Positions 38,410-47,531 are shown, counted from the stretch's first letter. The stretch is DNA of 64,000 bases from Lachnospiraceae bacterium (GCA_045546775.1 JAZQDM010000063.1:25864-89863), one strand, 5' to 3'. Translations and numbers: made by a program. Notes: generated by a model from the letters alone, not told the origin.

Positions 38410-39462
38410 ATGGAACAGAAAAAATTTATTAAAAATTTCATCATACAGTCGGCGGTATTTCTTGCCCTTGTGGCGGCAGTTGTCATTGTAGTTGACCCGT
38501 TTTTTCATTATCACGAGCCGGTAGGAAGTTTAAAGGCGGTTGTGACAAAAGCGGAGTACCAGTGCATCGGTACGGTGCACAATTTTGACTATGACGCCAT
38601 CGTGCTTGGCTCGTCGGTTGCGGAAAATTACAACAACCGCTGGTTTGACGAGGCGTTTGGCGGCACAACAATAAAAGGCATCAAAAGTTCCGCGGCAACC
38701 GTGGATTTGGTCTATTATTTGGAGGAGGCACTTGCTTCCACCGACTTAAAAAATGTGTATTACAGCATGGATTTGTTTGCCCTTACGGCAGATGCGGACA
38801 AGGTATTTCCGGACGATTCCCTGCCGCTGTATTTGTACAACGACAATCCCTTTGACGATGTGCAATACATTTGGAACAAGGATGTGGTGTTTGAACACAT
38901 TCCGTACATGTTTGCCATGACGTATTTGGACGATTATGACGAGGGAACGTCTTACAACTGGGCGCAGTACAAGACATTTTCCGAGGAAGATACGTTGCGT
39001 CATTATACCCGCCCGGAAGAAGTAAAAGAGATGCTGCCGGAAGCGGATTACAAAGAAAATATTGATGCAAATATTGCGCTGATTGAAGCGGTGGTGGCTG
39101 AAAATCCGGACACCATGTTTCGCTTTATTTATCCGCCTTACTCCATGCTTTGGTGGGACAATGCGTACCGCAACGGCGAGACGGAGCGAAATCTCTATGC
39201 AGCAACGGCGGCAGCGGAGCGGTTGCTTGCCTACGACAACGTAGAAATTTATTATTTTCAAAATAGGGAAGAGCTCATTACTGATTTGGATAATTACATG
39301 GACACCGTGCATTTTTCGGATGCCATCAATTATGCCATTGTGGATTGGATGAGCCGTGGCGAATACAAGCTTACGCCGGATAATTACGAGGCGGAGATTG
39401 CAAAAATGCGTGCCCTTTCAGATAAGATTCAGGAAGAGTATGTGGGATTGTATTTTGAGTAA
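38410..39462 (+). CDS. Membrane-anchored DltD/SGNH-like partner of MBOAT copy 2
   Basis: N-terminal TM. Candidate nucleophile motif VLGSSVAENY and C-terminal DTVH (DxxH). 15 nt after the MBOAT gene. Confidence 0.5.
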   Translation: MEQKKFIKNFIIQSAVFLALVAAVVIVVDPFFHYHEPVGSLKAVVTKAEYQCIGTVHNFDYDAIVLGSSVAENYNNRWFDEAFGGTTIKGIKSSAATVDLVYYLEEALASTDLKNVYYSMDLFALTADADKVFPDDSLPLYLYNDNPFDDVQYIWNKDVVFEHIPYMFAMTYLDDYDEGTSYNWAQYKTFSEEDTLRHYTRPEEVKEMLPEADYKENIDANIALIEAVVAENPDTMFRFIYPPYSMLWWDNAYRNGETERNLYAATAAAERLLAYDNVEIYYFQNREELITDLDNYMDTVHFSDAINYAIVDWMSRGEYKLTPDNYEAEIAKMRALSDKIQEEYVGLYFE

Positions 39463-39547
39463 AGAGTGGGAAAGGTTTGGGAATTAAAGTATAGTGCCCT
39501 GTTTTGCGCAATATAATTACACTACTGCGTTGTTTGTGAAAATATTG

Positions 39548-39576
39548 TTGCATTTTACAGAATATCGCGATAAAAT
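39548..39576 (+). promoter_or_regulatory. Sigma-A promoter of the riboswitch transcript
   Basis: TTGCAT (39548-39553), 17 nt, TAAAAT (39571-39576). Confidence 0.5.
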
Positions 39577-39589
39577 AAACTTGTGTGTA

Positions 39590-39686
39590 AGAGAGATGGC
39601 AAACTTATGGAAACGTAAGGACGCAAAGCAGGAAGTCTAAGTAATGGGGAATGTGTGGGACTCTATTATATTGATGGTTCGGTTGC
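39590..39686 (+). promoter_or_regulatory. c-di-GMP class I (GEMM-I) riboswitch aptamer
   Basis: GGCAAA (39598-39603). Stem CUUAUG/CGUAAG capped by a GAAA tetraloop (39604-39619). GACGCAAAGC (39620-39629). UCUAAG receptor-like element (39636-39641). Same layout as the Vc2 core GGCAAA-CCAUUC-GAAA-GAGUGG-GACGCAAAGC. Confidence 0.8.
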
Positions 39687-39712
39687 AGTGAGACTCATTG
39701 CAGCCTTTTTTT
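39681..39712 (+). terminator. Riboswitch expression-platform terminator
   Basis: GGTTGCAGTGA-gac-TCATTGCAGCC followed by T7. Confidence 0.75.
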
Positions 39713-39731
39713 GTGCAAAAAGGTGGTTGGT

Positions 39732-39866
39732 ATGAAAGAAACTGGTGTGAACAAAATTATTTGGGCTATTTGGGTAAAGATAGAGAGTGGGCTATGGACG
39801 ATGATTTCTTTTTATATAAAACTCCGGACAGCCAAAAGAAAGCAGAGGATAATGTCAATCAGTTAG
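39732..39866 (+). CDS. Possible 44-aa leader/small protein (not in ORF track)
   Basis: AAAGGTGG RBS 6 nt before ATG. MKETGVNKIIWAIWVKIESGLWTMISFYIKLRTAKRKQRIMSIS. Its stop overlaps the RBS of the next gene. Competes with a 63-aa ORF in another frame. Confidence 0.25.
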   Translation: MKETGVNKIIWAIWVKIESGLWTMISFYIKLRTAKRKQRIMSIS

Positions 39867-39875
39867 GAGTATTAT

Positions 39876-40427
39876 ATGGAACATACTAAAAAGGAAGTAA
39901 AATACAAGACGAAAAGGGAAGAGGAGATATATTTAAAAACACTTTTGTTTTTAGGTGTAAGTCTTGGAGGGATTGTTATTTTATTAGACTTGTATTGTGT
40001 GATATTTAAGGGGGAAAATGTTAGTGAAGACTTTTTTTCCAAATGTTGTCTGTTTTTTGCAATGACCATAGGGCTTTTATACTATTTCATACCAAAATAC
40101 AAGCGAAAAATATATGCCCAAAAGGGAGAGCTATTTGCAGGAAATGTTATTGGTGCCGATTGTATGATTCAAGGAAGGGGTGAGCATGCCTACTACCTCA
40201 TCATCGCATTTTACGAGAATGGCGAGAGAAAATTGCGCTATTCCGAGCCTTATGCGGGGAGCCCCAGATGCAAGTTGCGGGATACAAGCTGCGAGGTGTA
40301 CAAGTGGAAAGGAAAGTACATAGAAGGCGGATTACATGGCTTGTACAAAGGGGAGGAGTCGAAGAATCTGCCGATTCCAATATCAGAGTATCATAGTCGC
40401 GATAGGAAAAAATACGACTATGTGTAA
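39876..40427 (+). CDS. Uncharacterised two-TM membrane protein with about 100-aa C-terminal soluble domain
   Basis: TAGGAG RBS. Helices LLFLGVSLGGIVILLDLYCVIF and CCLFFAMTIGLLYYFI. AT-rich. Confidence 0.6.
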   Translation: MEHTKKEVKYKTKREEEIYLKTLLFLGVSLGGIVILLDLYCVIFKGENVSEDFFSKCCLFFAMTIGLLYYFIPKYKRKIYAQKGELFAGNVIGADCMIQGRGEHAYYLIIAFYENGERKLRYSEPYAGSPRCKLRDTSCEVYKWKGKYIEGGLHGLYKGEESKNLPIPISEYHSRDRKKYDYV

Positions 40428-40577
40428 ACGTTTAAAACAGTAATAGAAGCAGTATATGGAAAAGATTTGCACTAAGTTGTAAAATGTAGTTCATTTAAGG
40501 AGGCTGTCGTAGAAAAGGGCAGTCTCCCTAAAAACCGCATACTACAATGCATAACACAATTATGAGAGTACATAGAA

Positions 40578-41231
40578 ATGAAAAAGAAAATAACAATTGC
40601 AGTAGCAACTATTGTTTTTCTGATTGCTGGTATTTTTGTTGCAATTATGGGACTTGGCATAGGAAAAGCAAGAAGACAAGGAATGAATATTGTATATGAT
40701 AATCAAGTATATGTGGAAGCCGATAGTCCATACCAATACATAAAAGATGAAATGATTGCGATAACCTCGGAAGGCATTCGCTTATATAGTGTAAAAGGCG
40801 ACAAGGCATGTAACTATTTAATAGATTCACATTCAGGCTGTCTATACATAAAAGAGGGATATGAACCACCGAAAACAGAAGTGACAGGAATCATTGTATA
40901 TGATGGTGTCTTAAAGGCTGATAATGATGAACAATTATTAGAATTGGTAAGCGAGTTAAGCAATATGCAACAAGAACCGGATACAATAAGTCGGGAGAGT
41001 TATTTTTATACGACGGACAGAGCCGGTACCGGAGGAATGGATATTAATATTTGTTATGATAATTGTTGGGTTTCCTTTGATTATTTTGGCGAGATTGTGA
41101 AAGGCAAAAATGGTTATCTGTTTATTGCTTCGGAGCAGTTAATAAATAATAATTATGAACTTGTGGAATATATGGGAATCAGGATTGATAGTAAATATGA
41201 TGCTTTGTTAGATACGTATCGTACGAAATAA
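40578..41231 (+). CDS. Uncharacterised N-terminally anchored extracytoplasmic protein
   Basis: MKKKITIAVATIVFLIAGIFVAIMGLGIG anchor. I recognise no motif in the remaining 185 aa. Confidence 0.6.
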   Translation: MKKKITIAVATIVFLIAGIFVAIMGLGIGKARRQGMNIVYDNQVYVEADSPYQYIKDEMIAITSEGIRLYSVKGDKACNYLIDSHSGCLYIKEGYEPPKTEVTGIIVYDGVLKADNDEQLLELVSELSNMQQEPDTISRESYFYTTDRAGTGGMDINICYDNCWVSFDYFGEIVKGKNGYLFIASEQLINNNYELVEYMGIRIDSKYDALLDTYRTK

Positions 41232-41360
41232 TTGTGGTATGTAACACAGTTGACATGAGTGTTTTCGCGTAGCAGACAAGCAGTAACAGCAAAAACAGGT
41301 AGCGCGGAACAGGGAGATGAAGTTGCAAGTAGTGTTGCGGAAACGTAGAGGGACAATCGA

Positions 41361-41879
41361 ATGAAAAGAAAAAGCAAAAAAGTAATTATTATAATCCTAT
41401 TTTTGATTGCAGTAATCACGATAGCATTTCTAATTTATATAAATCGGCCTTTGCCGGCTCCGGAAAGAATAGTGACACTTTTTGAAACATACGAAGAGGA
41501 TTATACAAAAATCGCTCAAATATATTACAACGATTATTTGACACGAGAAGAAGACAAAGTTGCTTATTCGACAGCAGAAAGTGGAGAAATTACTTGTCGT
41601 TTGCAAGATACGGATTTGAAAAAAATTGCTCTGACAGAGGACGAAACCGCAAGTGCAAGGCGGATAGACGACACTTTTTCTTTGGATGGATATTATTGGG
41701 ACAGAGTATATGTATATGAGGGATTTGTCTCTTTTTCAACTGTGACAGGGCACGTATCACTAGTTTATTCTGTAGATGGTTCAAAGCCGACGAGGATTAA
41801 TTTCCCGGATGATGGTTTTGAGTACATCGTGTCAGATGCAAAAATCACAGAGCACTGGTATTACATGTCCGGACAATAA
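41361..41879 (+). CDS. Uncharacterised N-terminally anchored extracytoplasmic protein
   Basis: MKRKSKKVIIIILFLIAVITIAFLIYI anchor. No recognisable motif. Confidence 0.6.
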   Translation: MKRKSKKVIIIILFLIAVITIAFLIYINRPLPAPERIVTLFETYEEDYTKIAQIYYNDYLTREEDKVAYSTAESGEITCRLQDTDLKKIALTEDETASARRIDDTFSLDGYYWDRVYVYEGFVSFSTVTGHVSLVYSVDGSKPTRINFPDDGFEYIVSDAKITEHWYYMSGQ

Positions 41880-41917
41880 TCTGATATGCAAATGAAGATG
41901 CGACTTAGTTAGTAGAA

Positions 41918-41951
41918 GGGACGATATGTTTCGTGTGACGCATATCGTCCC
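41918..41951 (+). terminator. Hairpin ending the AT-rich block (weak T-tract)
   Basis: GGGACGATATG-loop-CATATCGTCCC, followed by TTAAATT. Confidence 0.4.
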
Positions 41952-42109
41952 TTAAATTATGATGCAAAATTAGGGACGGTGACAACAAATTTTATGATTC
42001 CACTGCCACAAAGGAAGGATAGATGTTATAATAAAAACACATCTGCCAAACACTATATTTTAAAAGCATGTATCTTTCAGGCAGATAGGCACAATTTCAG
42101 GAGGCAAAT

Positions 42110-43384
42110 ATGTTACTCATAAAAAACGGATATGTCATTGACCCGAAAAGCAAAACAGAAGGGAAAAAAGATATACGAATCGAGGATGGAAAGATTGCAA
42201 AAATCGCAGACACCATTCCGGTAGAAGGAGCCCCGCAAATTCTCGACGCTGCAGGCTTGATCGTTGCACCGGGACTGGTGGACGTGCATGTGCATTTCAG
42301 AGACCCGGGATTTACCTACAAAGAAGACATCGAAACCGGTGCGAAGGCGGCGGCAAAGGGCGGTTTTACAACGGTGGTGCTCATGGCCAATACGAAGCCG
42401 GCAGTGGACAGTGTGGACACGTTACAATACATTTTGGAAAAAGGCAAAACAACCGGCATTCATGTGGAAACTTGCGCCACAGTGACGGAAGGGATGCAGG
42501 GCAAAAAACTGACAGATATGTCAAAATTGTATGCAAAAGGAGCAGTAGGCTTTACGGATGACGGGGTACCGATTTTGGACGAAGCACTTGTACGCGAAGC
42601 AATGCTTAAAGTGAAAGAGACCAATACGCCAATCAGCTTCCACGAGGAAGACCCGGCATTCATCGAAAACAACGGTGTGAACTGCGGTAAGGCATCTGAC
42701 CATTTTGGTATCGGCGGTTCCAAGAGACAGGCAGAAATCAGCCTCGTGCAGAGAGATTTGGAGCTGGCATTGGAGACCGGGGCAGAAATTAACGTACAGC
42801 ACATCAGCTCCAAGGAAGCGGTAGAGCTTGTGCGTCAGGCAAAAAAACGCGGCAACAACATTCATGCGGAAGCAACACCGCATCATTTTACGCTGACAGA
42901 AGAAGCCGTGATAGAGCATGGCACGATGGCAAAAATGAACCCGCCGCTTCGCGAGGAGGAAGACCGTCTTGCGGTTATTGCAGGCTTGCAGGATGGCACC
43001 ATTGATTTGATTGCAACCGACCATGCGCCCCACAGTGTAGAAGAAAAAGCAAAACCGATTACCGAGGCACCCAGTGGCATTATCGGTTTGGAGACGGCGC
43101 TCAGCTTAGGCATCGAACAACTGGTGGACAAAGGCTACCTCTCCATGATGGAATTATTGGAAAAAATGACATGCAATCCGGCAGACCTTTATCATTTGCC
43201 GTGCGGCAGCATCAAGGAAGGTGCACCGGCAGATTTGGTGTTGTTTGACAAAGATAAAACGTGGGTGGCAGACACCTTTTTATCAAAATCTGCAAACACA
43301 CCGTTTAAAGGTAAGACAATGAAGGGCAAAGTATGTTATACTATCTGTGACGGAAACATCGTATATCAGGATGAAAATAAATAA
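42110..43384 (+). CDS. pyrC: Dihydroorotase
   Basis: PGLVDVHVHFRDPG metal-binding motif, TDHAPH block. Confidence 0.93.
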   Translation: MLLIKNGYVIDPKSKTEGKKDIRIEDGKIAKIADTIPVEGAPQILDAAGLIVAPGLVDVHVHFRDPGFTYKEDIETGAKAAAKGGFTTVVLMANTKPAVDSVDTLQYILEKGKTTGIHVETCATVTEGMQGKKLTDMSKLYAKGAVGFTDDGVPILDEALVREAMLKVKETNTPISFHEEDPAFIENNGVNCGKASDHFGIGGSKRQAEISLVQRDLELALETGAEINVQHISSKEAVELVRQAKKRGNNIHAEATPHHFTLTEEAVIEHGTMAKMNPPLREEEDRLAVIAGLQDGTIDLIATDHAPHSVEEKAKPITEAPSGIIGLETALSLGIEQLVDKGYLSMMELLEKMTCNPADLYHLPCGSIKEGAPADLVLFDKDKTWVADTFLSKSANTPFKGKTMKGKVCYTICDGNIVYQDENK

Positions 43385-43440
43385 CAGTGTCTTTAAAGGC
43401 GCGCGCTGCGCGTTTTAGACATAGAATTTTGGAGGTTTAT

Positions 43441-44232
43441 ATGGCGCAAAAGAAAAAAGAAACAGCAATTGTGACAGCGCAAAAAGAAATTGCACCGGAT
43501 ATTTTTGATATGTGGATTGAGACGTCTTTGGCACAGGATGCAGTGCCGGGACAGTTTATTGCAGTGTATCCAAAAAATGAAAGTACACTTCTTCCGCGTC
43601 CGATCAGTATTTGTGAAGTGGACAAAGAAGCAGGGGCACTCCGCATTGTATACCGCATTGCAGGCAAAGGAACGAAAGAATTTTCTGCTTATGAAGCAGG
43701 CGAAAAAGTAAAGATTTTGGGTGTGCTCGGAAACGGCTTCCCGGCAGAAAAAGCGGATGGAAAAGACGTCTTTTTGATGGGCGGCGGAATCGGTATTCCA
43801 CCTATGCTGGAGCTGGCAAAGGAGCTGAAACAATCCGGCAAAGCAAACAAAATCCAAATTATTGTGGGCTACCGTGATAGCAAACTTTTCCTGAAAGAAG
43901 ATTTGGAAAAATACGGGGATGTTTATATTGCTACGGAAGACGGAAGTGTTGGCACAAAAGGAAACGTGATGGACGCCATCCGCGAAAACGGCTTGCGTGC
44001 CGATGTGATTTTTTCCTGTGGCCCCATGCCGATGCTTCGTGCCATCAAAAAATATGCCGAGGAGCAGGAAATTGACGCATACATTTCTTTGGAAGAGCGC
44101 ATGGCTTGCGGCGTAGGCGCGTGCCTTGGCTGTGTGTGCAAAACAAAAGAAGTGGACCATCATTCGCATGTAAATAACACAAGAATTTGTACGGACGGTC
44201 CGGTTTTTGAAGCACGGGAGGTAGATATTTGA
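43441..44232 (+). CDS. pyrK: Dihydroorotate dehydrogenase electron-transfer subunit
   Basis: FAD/NAD-binding fold, C-terminal 2Fe-2S motif CGVGACLGCVC. GGAGG RBS before ATG 43441. Confidence 0.9.
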   Translation: MAQKKKETAIVTAQKEIAPDIFDMWIETSLAQDAVPGQFIAVYPKNESTLLPRPISICEVDKEAGALRIVYRIAGKGTKEFSAYEAGEKVKILGVLGNGFPAEKADGKDVFLMGGGIGIPPMLELAKELKQSGKANKIQIIVGYRDSKLFLKEDLEKYGDVYIATEDGSVGTKGNVMDAIRENGLRADVIFSCGPMPMLRAIKKYAEEQEIDAYISLEERMACGVGACLGCVCKTKEVDHHSHVNNTRICTDGPVFEAREVDI

Positions 44233-45134
44233 TGAATACAAAAGTAACCATTGCAGGTGTAGAATTTAAAAATCCGGTTATGACCGGTTCCGGGACATTT
44301 GGTTCCGGTATGGAATACAGTGAATTTGTAGATTTGGGAAGACTTGGCGCCGTTGTGACAAAAGGCGTTGCAAATGTGCCTTGGCCGGGCAACCCGACAC
44401 CCCGTGTGGCAGAGACTTACGGCGGTATGTTAAATGCCATTGGCTTGCAAAACCCGGGCATTGATGTGTTTATGGAGAGAGACATTCCTTTCCTCAAAAA
44501 GTTTGACACAAAGATTATCGTAAACGTTTGTGGAAAAACGGTGGAAGATTACTTGGAAGTTGTGGAAAAACTTTCTGATACGGACGTGGATATGTTAGAA
44601 ATCAACGTATCCTGCCCGAACGTAAAAGAAGGCGCGATTGCGTTTGGACAAAAAGCAGACTGCCTCTATGACATTACTTCTGAGATTAAGAAAAAAGCAA
44701 AACAGCCGGTGATTATGAAGCTTAGCCCGAATGTAACAGACATTACGGAAATGGCAAAAGCGGCAGAGGCAGCAGGCAGTGATGCGATTTCTTTGATTAA
44801 TACACTTACCGGTATGAAAATAGATATTAACAGACGCAGTTTTGCCCTTGCAAACAAAACGGGAGGTCTTTCCGGCCCGGCAATCAAACCGGTGGCTGTC
44901 CGCATGGTTTACCAGTGTGCGCAGGCAGTCAACATTCCGATTATCGGTATGGGCGGTATTGCCAATGCAGAGGATGCGTTAGAGTTTATTATGGCAGGTG
45001 CAACCGCAGTTTCCGTAGGTGCCATGAACTTTGTAAATCCGTACACCACAGTGGAAGTTGCAGACGGTATTGAGCAGTTTATGCGTGATAAAAATGTTGC
45101 GGATATTAACGAATTAATCGGTTGCGTGAAATAA
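44229..45134 (+). CDS. pyrD: Dihydroorotate dehydrogenase B catalytic subunit
   Basis: GVEFKNPVMTGSGTFG, NVSCPNVK, GLSGPAIKP blocks. ATGA overlap with pyrK. Confidence 0.95.
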   Translation: MMNTKVTIAGVEFKNPVMTGSGTFGSGMEYSEFVDLGRLGAVVTKGVANVPWPGNPTPRVAETYGGMLNAIGLQNPGIDVFMERDIPFLKKFDTKIIVNVCGKTVEDYLEVVEKLSDTDVDMLEINVSCPNVKEGAIAFGQKADCLYDITSEIKKKAKQPVIMKLSPNVTDITEMAKAAEAAGSDAISLINTLTGMKIDINRRSFALANKTGGLSGPAIKPVAVRMVYQCAQAVNIPIIGMGGIANAEDALEFIMAGATAVSVGAMNFVNPYTTVEVADGIEQFMRDKNVADINELIGCVK

Positions 45135-45240
45135 GCGGGAAAGCTGTTTTGCTTCCGCGCGGACAAATATTTACTTTTAGTTATAAATCACCTTCACACG
45201 TAATATATTTAGGTAGAATACGTGTGGAGGTGTTTTTCGT

Positions 45241-46857
45241 TTGGAATTAGTGAAGCAGAACATACATATGGACAGGATGAAGTGTCTTGCAGGGACACAG
45301 ATTACATTGGAGAATGACGTGAACATACCGGATAGCAGGCCGGATGCACAGAGCATTGTGCTGAGCAAAGGAAATGTAGCAGTGGAGGAATGCAAAGCAT
45401 CAGACAACCATGTAATGCTGCGCGGAAAATTGCATTACAGGTTGCTTGTGCAGGCGATGCAAGGAGAAATGTATACCATTCACGGAGAAATTCCGTTTGA
45501 AGAGCAAGTGTACATGGAAGGTGCTACTGCTGCAGATACGCCGGATGTCATGAGCACATTGGAAGATTTGAATGTGGAATTGATTAATTCCAGAAAGTTG
45601 AGTGTGCAGGCAGTGGCGGCATTTAAACTTCATGTATGCCAATTGTGGGATGAAGAAATTGCCACCGGAATGCTGGTAAACAGTGAGTCGGATGGAGCTG
45701 TGGAATGCCACAAAAGCAAAAAGAACGTGACCCAGGTTGCCATTATGAAAAAGGACATTTTCCGCATCAAAGAAGAGATTGAGCTTCCGCAAAATTATCC
45801 GAATATTATGGAACTTGTGTGGAGTGATGTGCAACTGACTAATGTGGAATTCCGCCTGTTGGAAGAAAAGATTGCCGTGCAGGGTTCGGCACAGATTTTT
45901 TTACTGTATGAAAGCGAAGGGGAGGAGGGCAAAATCCGCGCTTATGAAACTTCCGTTCCGTTTGGGGGAACGATAGAATGTTACGGTTGTAAAGAAACGT
46001 TTGTGCCAGCAATCCGCTTTGAAAAAGGAATGCCAACGTTGGAAACCCGTACCGATTTTGACGGGGAAGAGCGTGTGGTAGGATTGGAAGTCATTCTCAA
46101 TATGGATATCTGTCTTTACGAAGAAGGAAACGTGGAGTATGTGGATGACTTTTTTGGAATTGACAAAGAGGTGGAGCCGGTAAAAAAAGACGCCTATTAC
46201 AAAAAATTAGTTCTTTGCAGCAATGACAAAATGAAAGTGACAGGACAGCTGGAAACACCCCATGTGACGGATGGTATTTTGCAAATTATGCATACGTGTG
46301 CCGGCGTGCAGATGGACGATGTGCGTCTGGAAAATAAAACGATTGTGGCAGACGGAGCCGTGCATTTGCAAGTGCTGCTTGCTACCGGTGAAAGTGAAAA
46401 GCCGTACGTTGGTGTGCAGGGATTTTTGCCTTTTACCCATGAGATTCCTTTGGGGGATAACGTTAGCTTGAATGATAATAATATGTGGGAAAATATGCTG
46501 CTTACAAAATATCAGTTTGACGTGCAACCGATGCTTTCGGCAGTGATGACAACGCTTGGCGGAAACGGGGAACTGGAGGCAAAGGCGGTAGTGCATTTTA
46601 CTACGCTTGTGTTTGAAAATGAGACGCAGCAGCAAATTTGCGATGTGCAGATGCGTGAAGTAGATGCAGAAAAAAGAGCGAATATTCCGGGTATCGTAGG
46701 TTACATAGTAGGCGAAGGCGACAAACTTTGGGATATTGCAAAACGATATTATGTGCCGGTTTCCCAAATTGTGGAATTCAACAATTTGTCGGGAGAGATT
46801 GTGCGTACAGGAGATAAACTGCTCCTTGTAAAACAGGGACATGGTGCAATGTCTTAA
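45241..46857 (+). CDS. DUF3794-type sporulation protein with C-terminal LysM (SipL-like)
   Basis: C-terminal LysM YIVGEGDKLWDIAKRYYVPVSQIVEFNNL. Length and architecture match Clostridial SipL. TTG start 8 nt after GGAGGTG. Confidence 0.65.
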   Translation: MELVKQNIHMDRMKCLAGTQITLENDVNIPDSRPDAQSIVLSKGNVAVEECKASDNHVMLRGKLHYRLLVQAMQGEMYTIHGEIPFEEQVYMEGATAADTPDVMSTLEDLNVELINSRKLSVQAVAAFKLHVCQLWDEEIATGMLVNSESDGAVECHKSKKNVTQVAIMKKDIFRIKEEIELPQNYPNIMELVWSDVQLTNVEFRLLEEKIAVQGSAQIFLLYESEGEEGKIRAYETSVPFGGTIECYGCKETFVPAIRFEKGMPTLETRTDFDGEERVVGLEVILNMDICLYEEGNVEYVDDFFGIDKEVEPVKKDAYYKKLVLCSNDKMKVTGQLETPHVTDGILQIMHTCAGVQMDDVRLENKTIVADGAVHLQVLLATGESEKPYVGVQGFLPFTHEIPLGDNVSLNDNNMWENMLLTKYQFDVQPMLSAVMTTLGGNGELEAKAVVHFTTLVFENETQQQICDVQMREVDAEKRANIPGIVGYIVGEGDKLWDIAKRYYVPVSQIVEFNNLSGEIVRTGDKLLLVKQGHGAMS

Positions 46858-46880
46858 GAAGGTTGTGGGAAAATGAAACA

Positions 46881-46912
46881 CGCTCCGCGGGATACGCGGA
46901 GCGAAATTTTTT
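46881..46912. terminator. Bidirectional terminator between convergent genes
   Basis: CGCTCCGCG-ggata-CGCGGAGCG followed by AAATTTTTT. Confidence 0.8.
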
Positions 46913-47531
46913 AGTTAGAATCTGTTGTTACTGTGCCGTTTGCAGCTGCAGCCAAGTCGTCAAATTTTTTCATAACAGCATCGAAAGTCTGTTTACTGAT
47001 TTCAGGAAGCTCACCGCCCCATGTCTCTTCAGCTTGTTTGTAACCTTTCTCGAATGCTGCGCGCATTTCTTCAATCTTGTCCGGGTCACCGCCTGTGAGA
47101 GCTGTAGCGAATTCTACGATTCGGTCAGAAGTCTTTTCAACGCCCCAGTAGCCGTCTTCCGCGATGTCAGCCTGTGCTTGCGCTTTTGTAGCCGGGTCAA
47201 CGGTAAAGTTGCCTTCGCGAAGGAAAGACCAAATGTCGGTTGCTTCTCCGTTCTTTGTAGCCTGTTTGCTGATTAACTGCTCAACCAATGCTCTAAACTG
47301 TGCAGTTCTCGCGTCAGCTTCCGCTTTCAATTTGTTAATCAAATTTGTGTCCGGTGTGTAAGTTTTCTTTGTTGTGTCTGTTTCTTTGGAAGAAGGTTCA
47401 TAAATAACACCTTTGTCTTCCGGTTTTGTTGCAGTAGCCTCAGCAGCTTCCGTTGCCTTTGCTGTTGATGTATATGCAGAATAAGCACTTGCAGCATCGG
47501 TTCCTGTAACTCCGTTTACATTCATACCCAT
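46911..47531 (-). CDS. Hypothetical soluble protein (A/T/E-rich N-terminus, helical C-terminus)
   Basis: Start set at MGMNVNG behind AAAGGAG. No signal peptide or TM. Conserved-looking block YWGVEKTSDRIVEFATALTGGDPDKIEEMR. Confidence 0.65.
   Translation of the reverse strand: MGMNVNGVTGTDAASAYSAYTSTAKATEAAEATATKPEDKGVIYEPSSKETDTTKKTYTPDTNLINKLKAEADARTAQFRALVEQLISKQATKNGEATDIWSFLREGNFTVDPATKAQAQADIAEDGYWGVEKTSDRIVEFATALTGGDPDKIEEMRAAFEKGYKQAEETWGGELPEISKQTFDAVMKKFDDLAAAANGTVTTDSN

Noticed and set aside
39698-39889. 63-aa ORF from the track as the first gene after the riboswitch
   Set aside because: Its TTG start lies inside the terminator stem and has no RBS. It is kept only as an alternative to the 44-aa ORF.
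40499-40527. Imperfect hairpin GGAGGCTGTC...GGCAGTCTCC between the first two genes of the c-di-GMP block
   Set aside because: It has two mismatches and no T-tract, so I cannot tell a terminator or processing site from chance.
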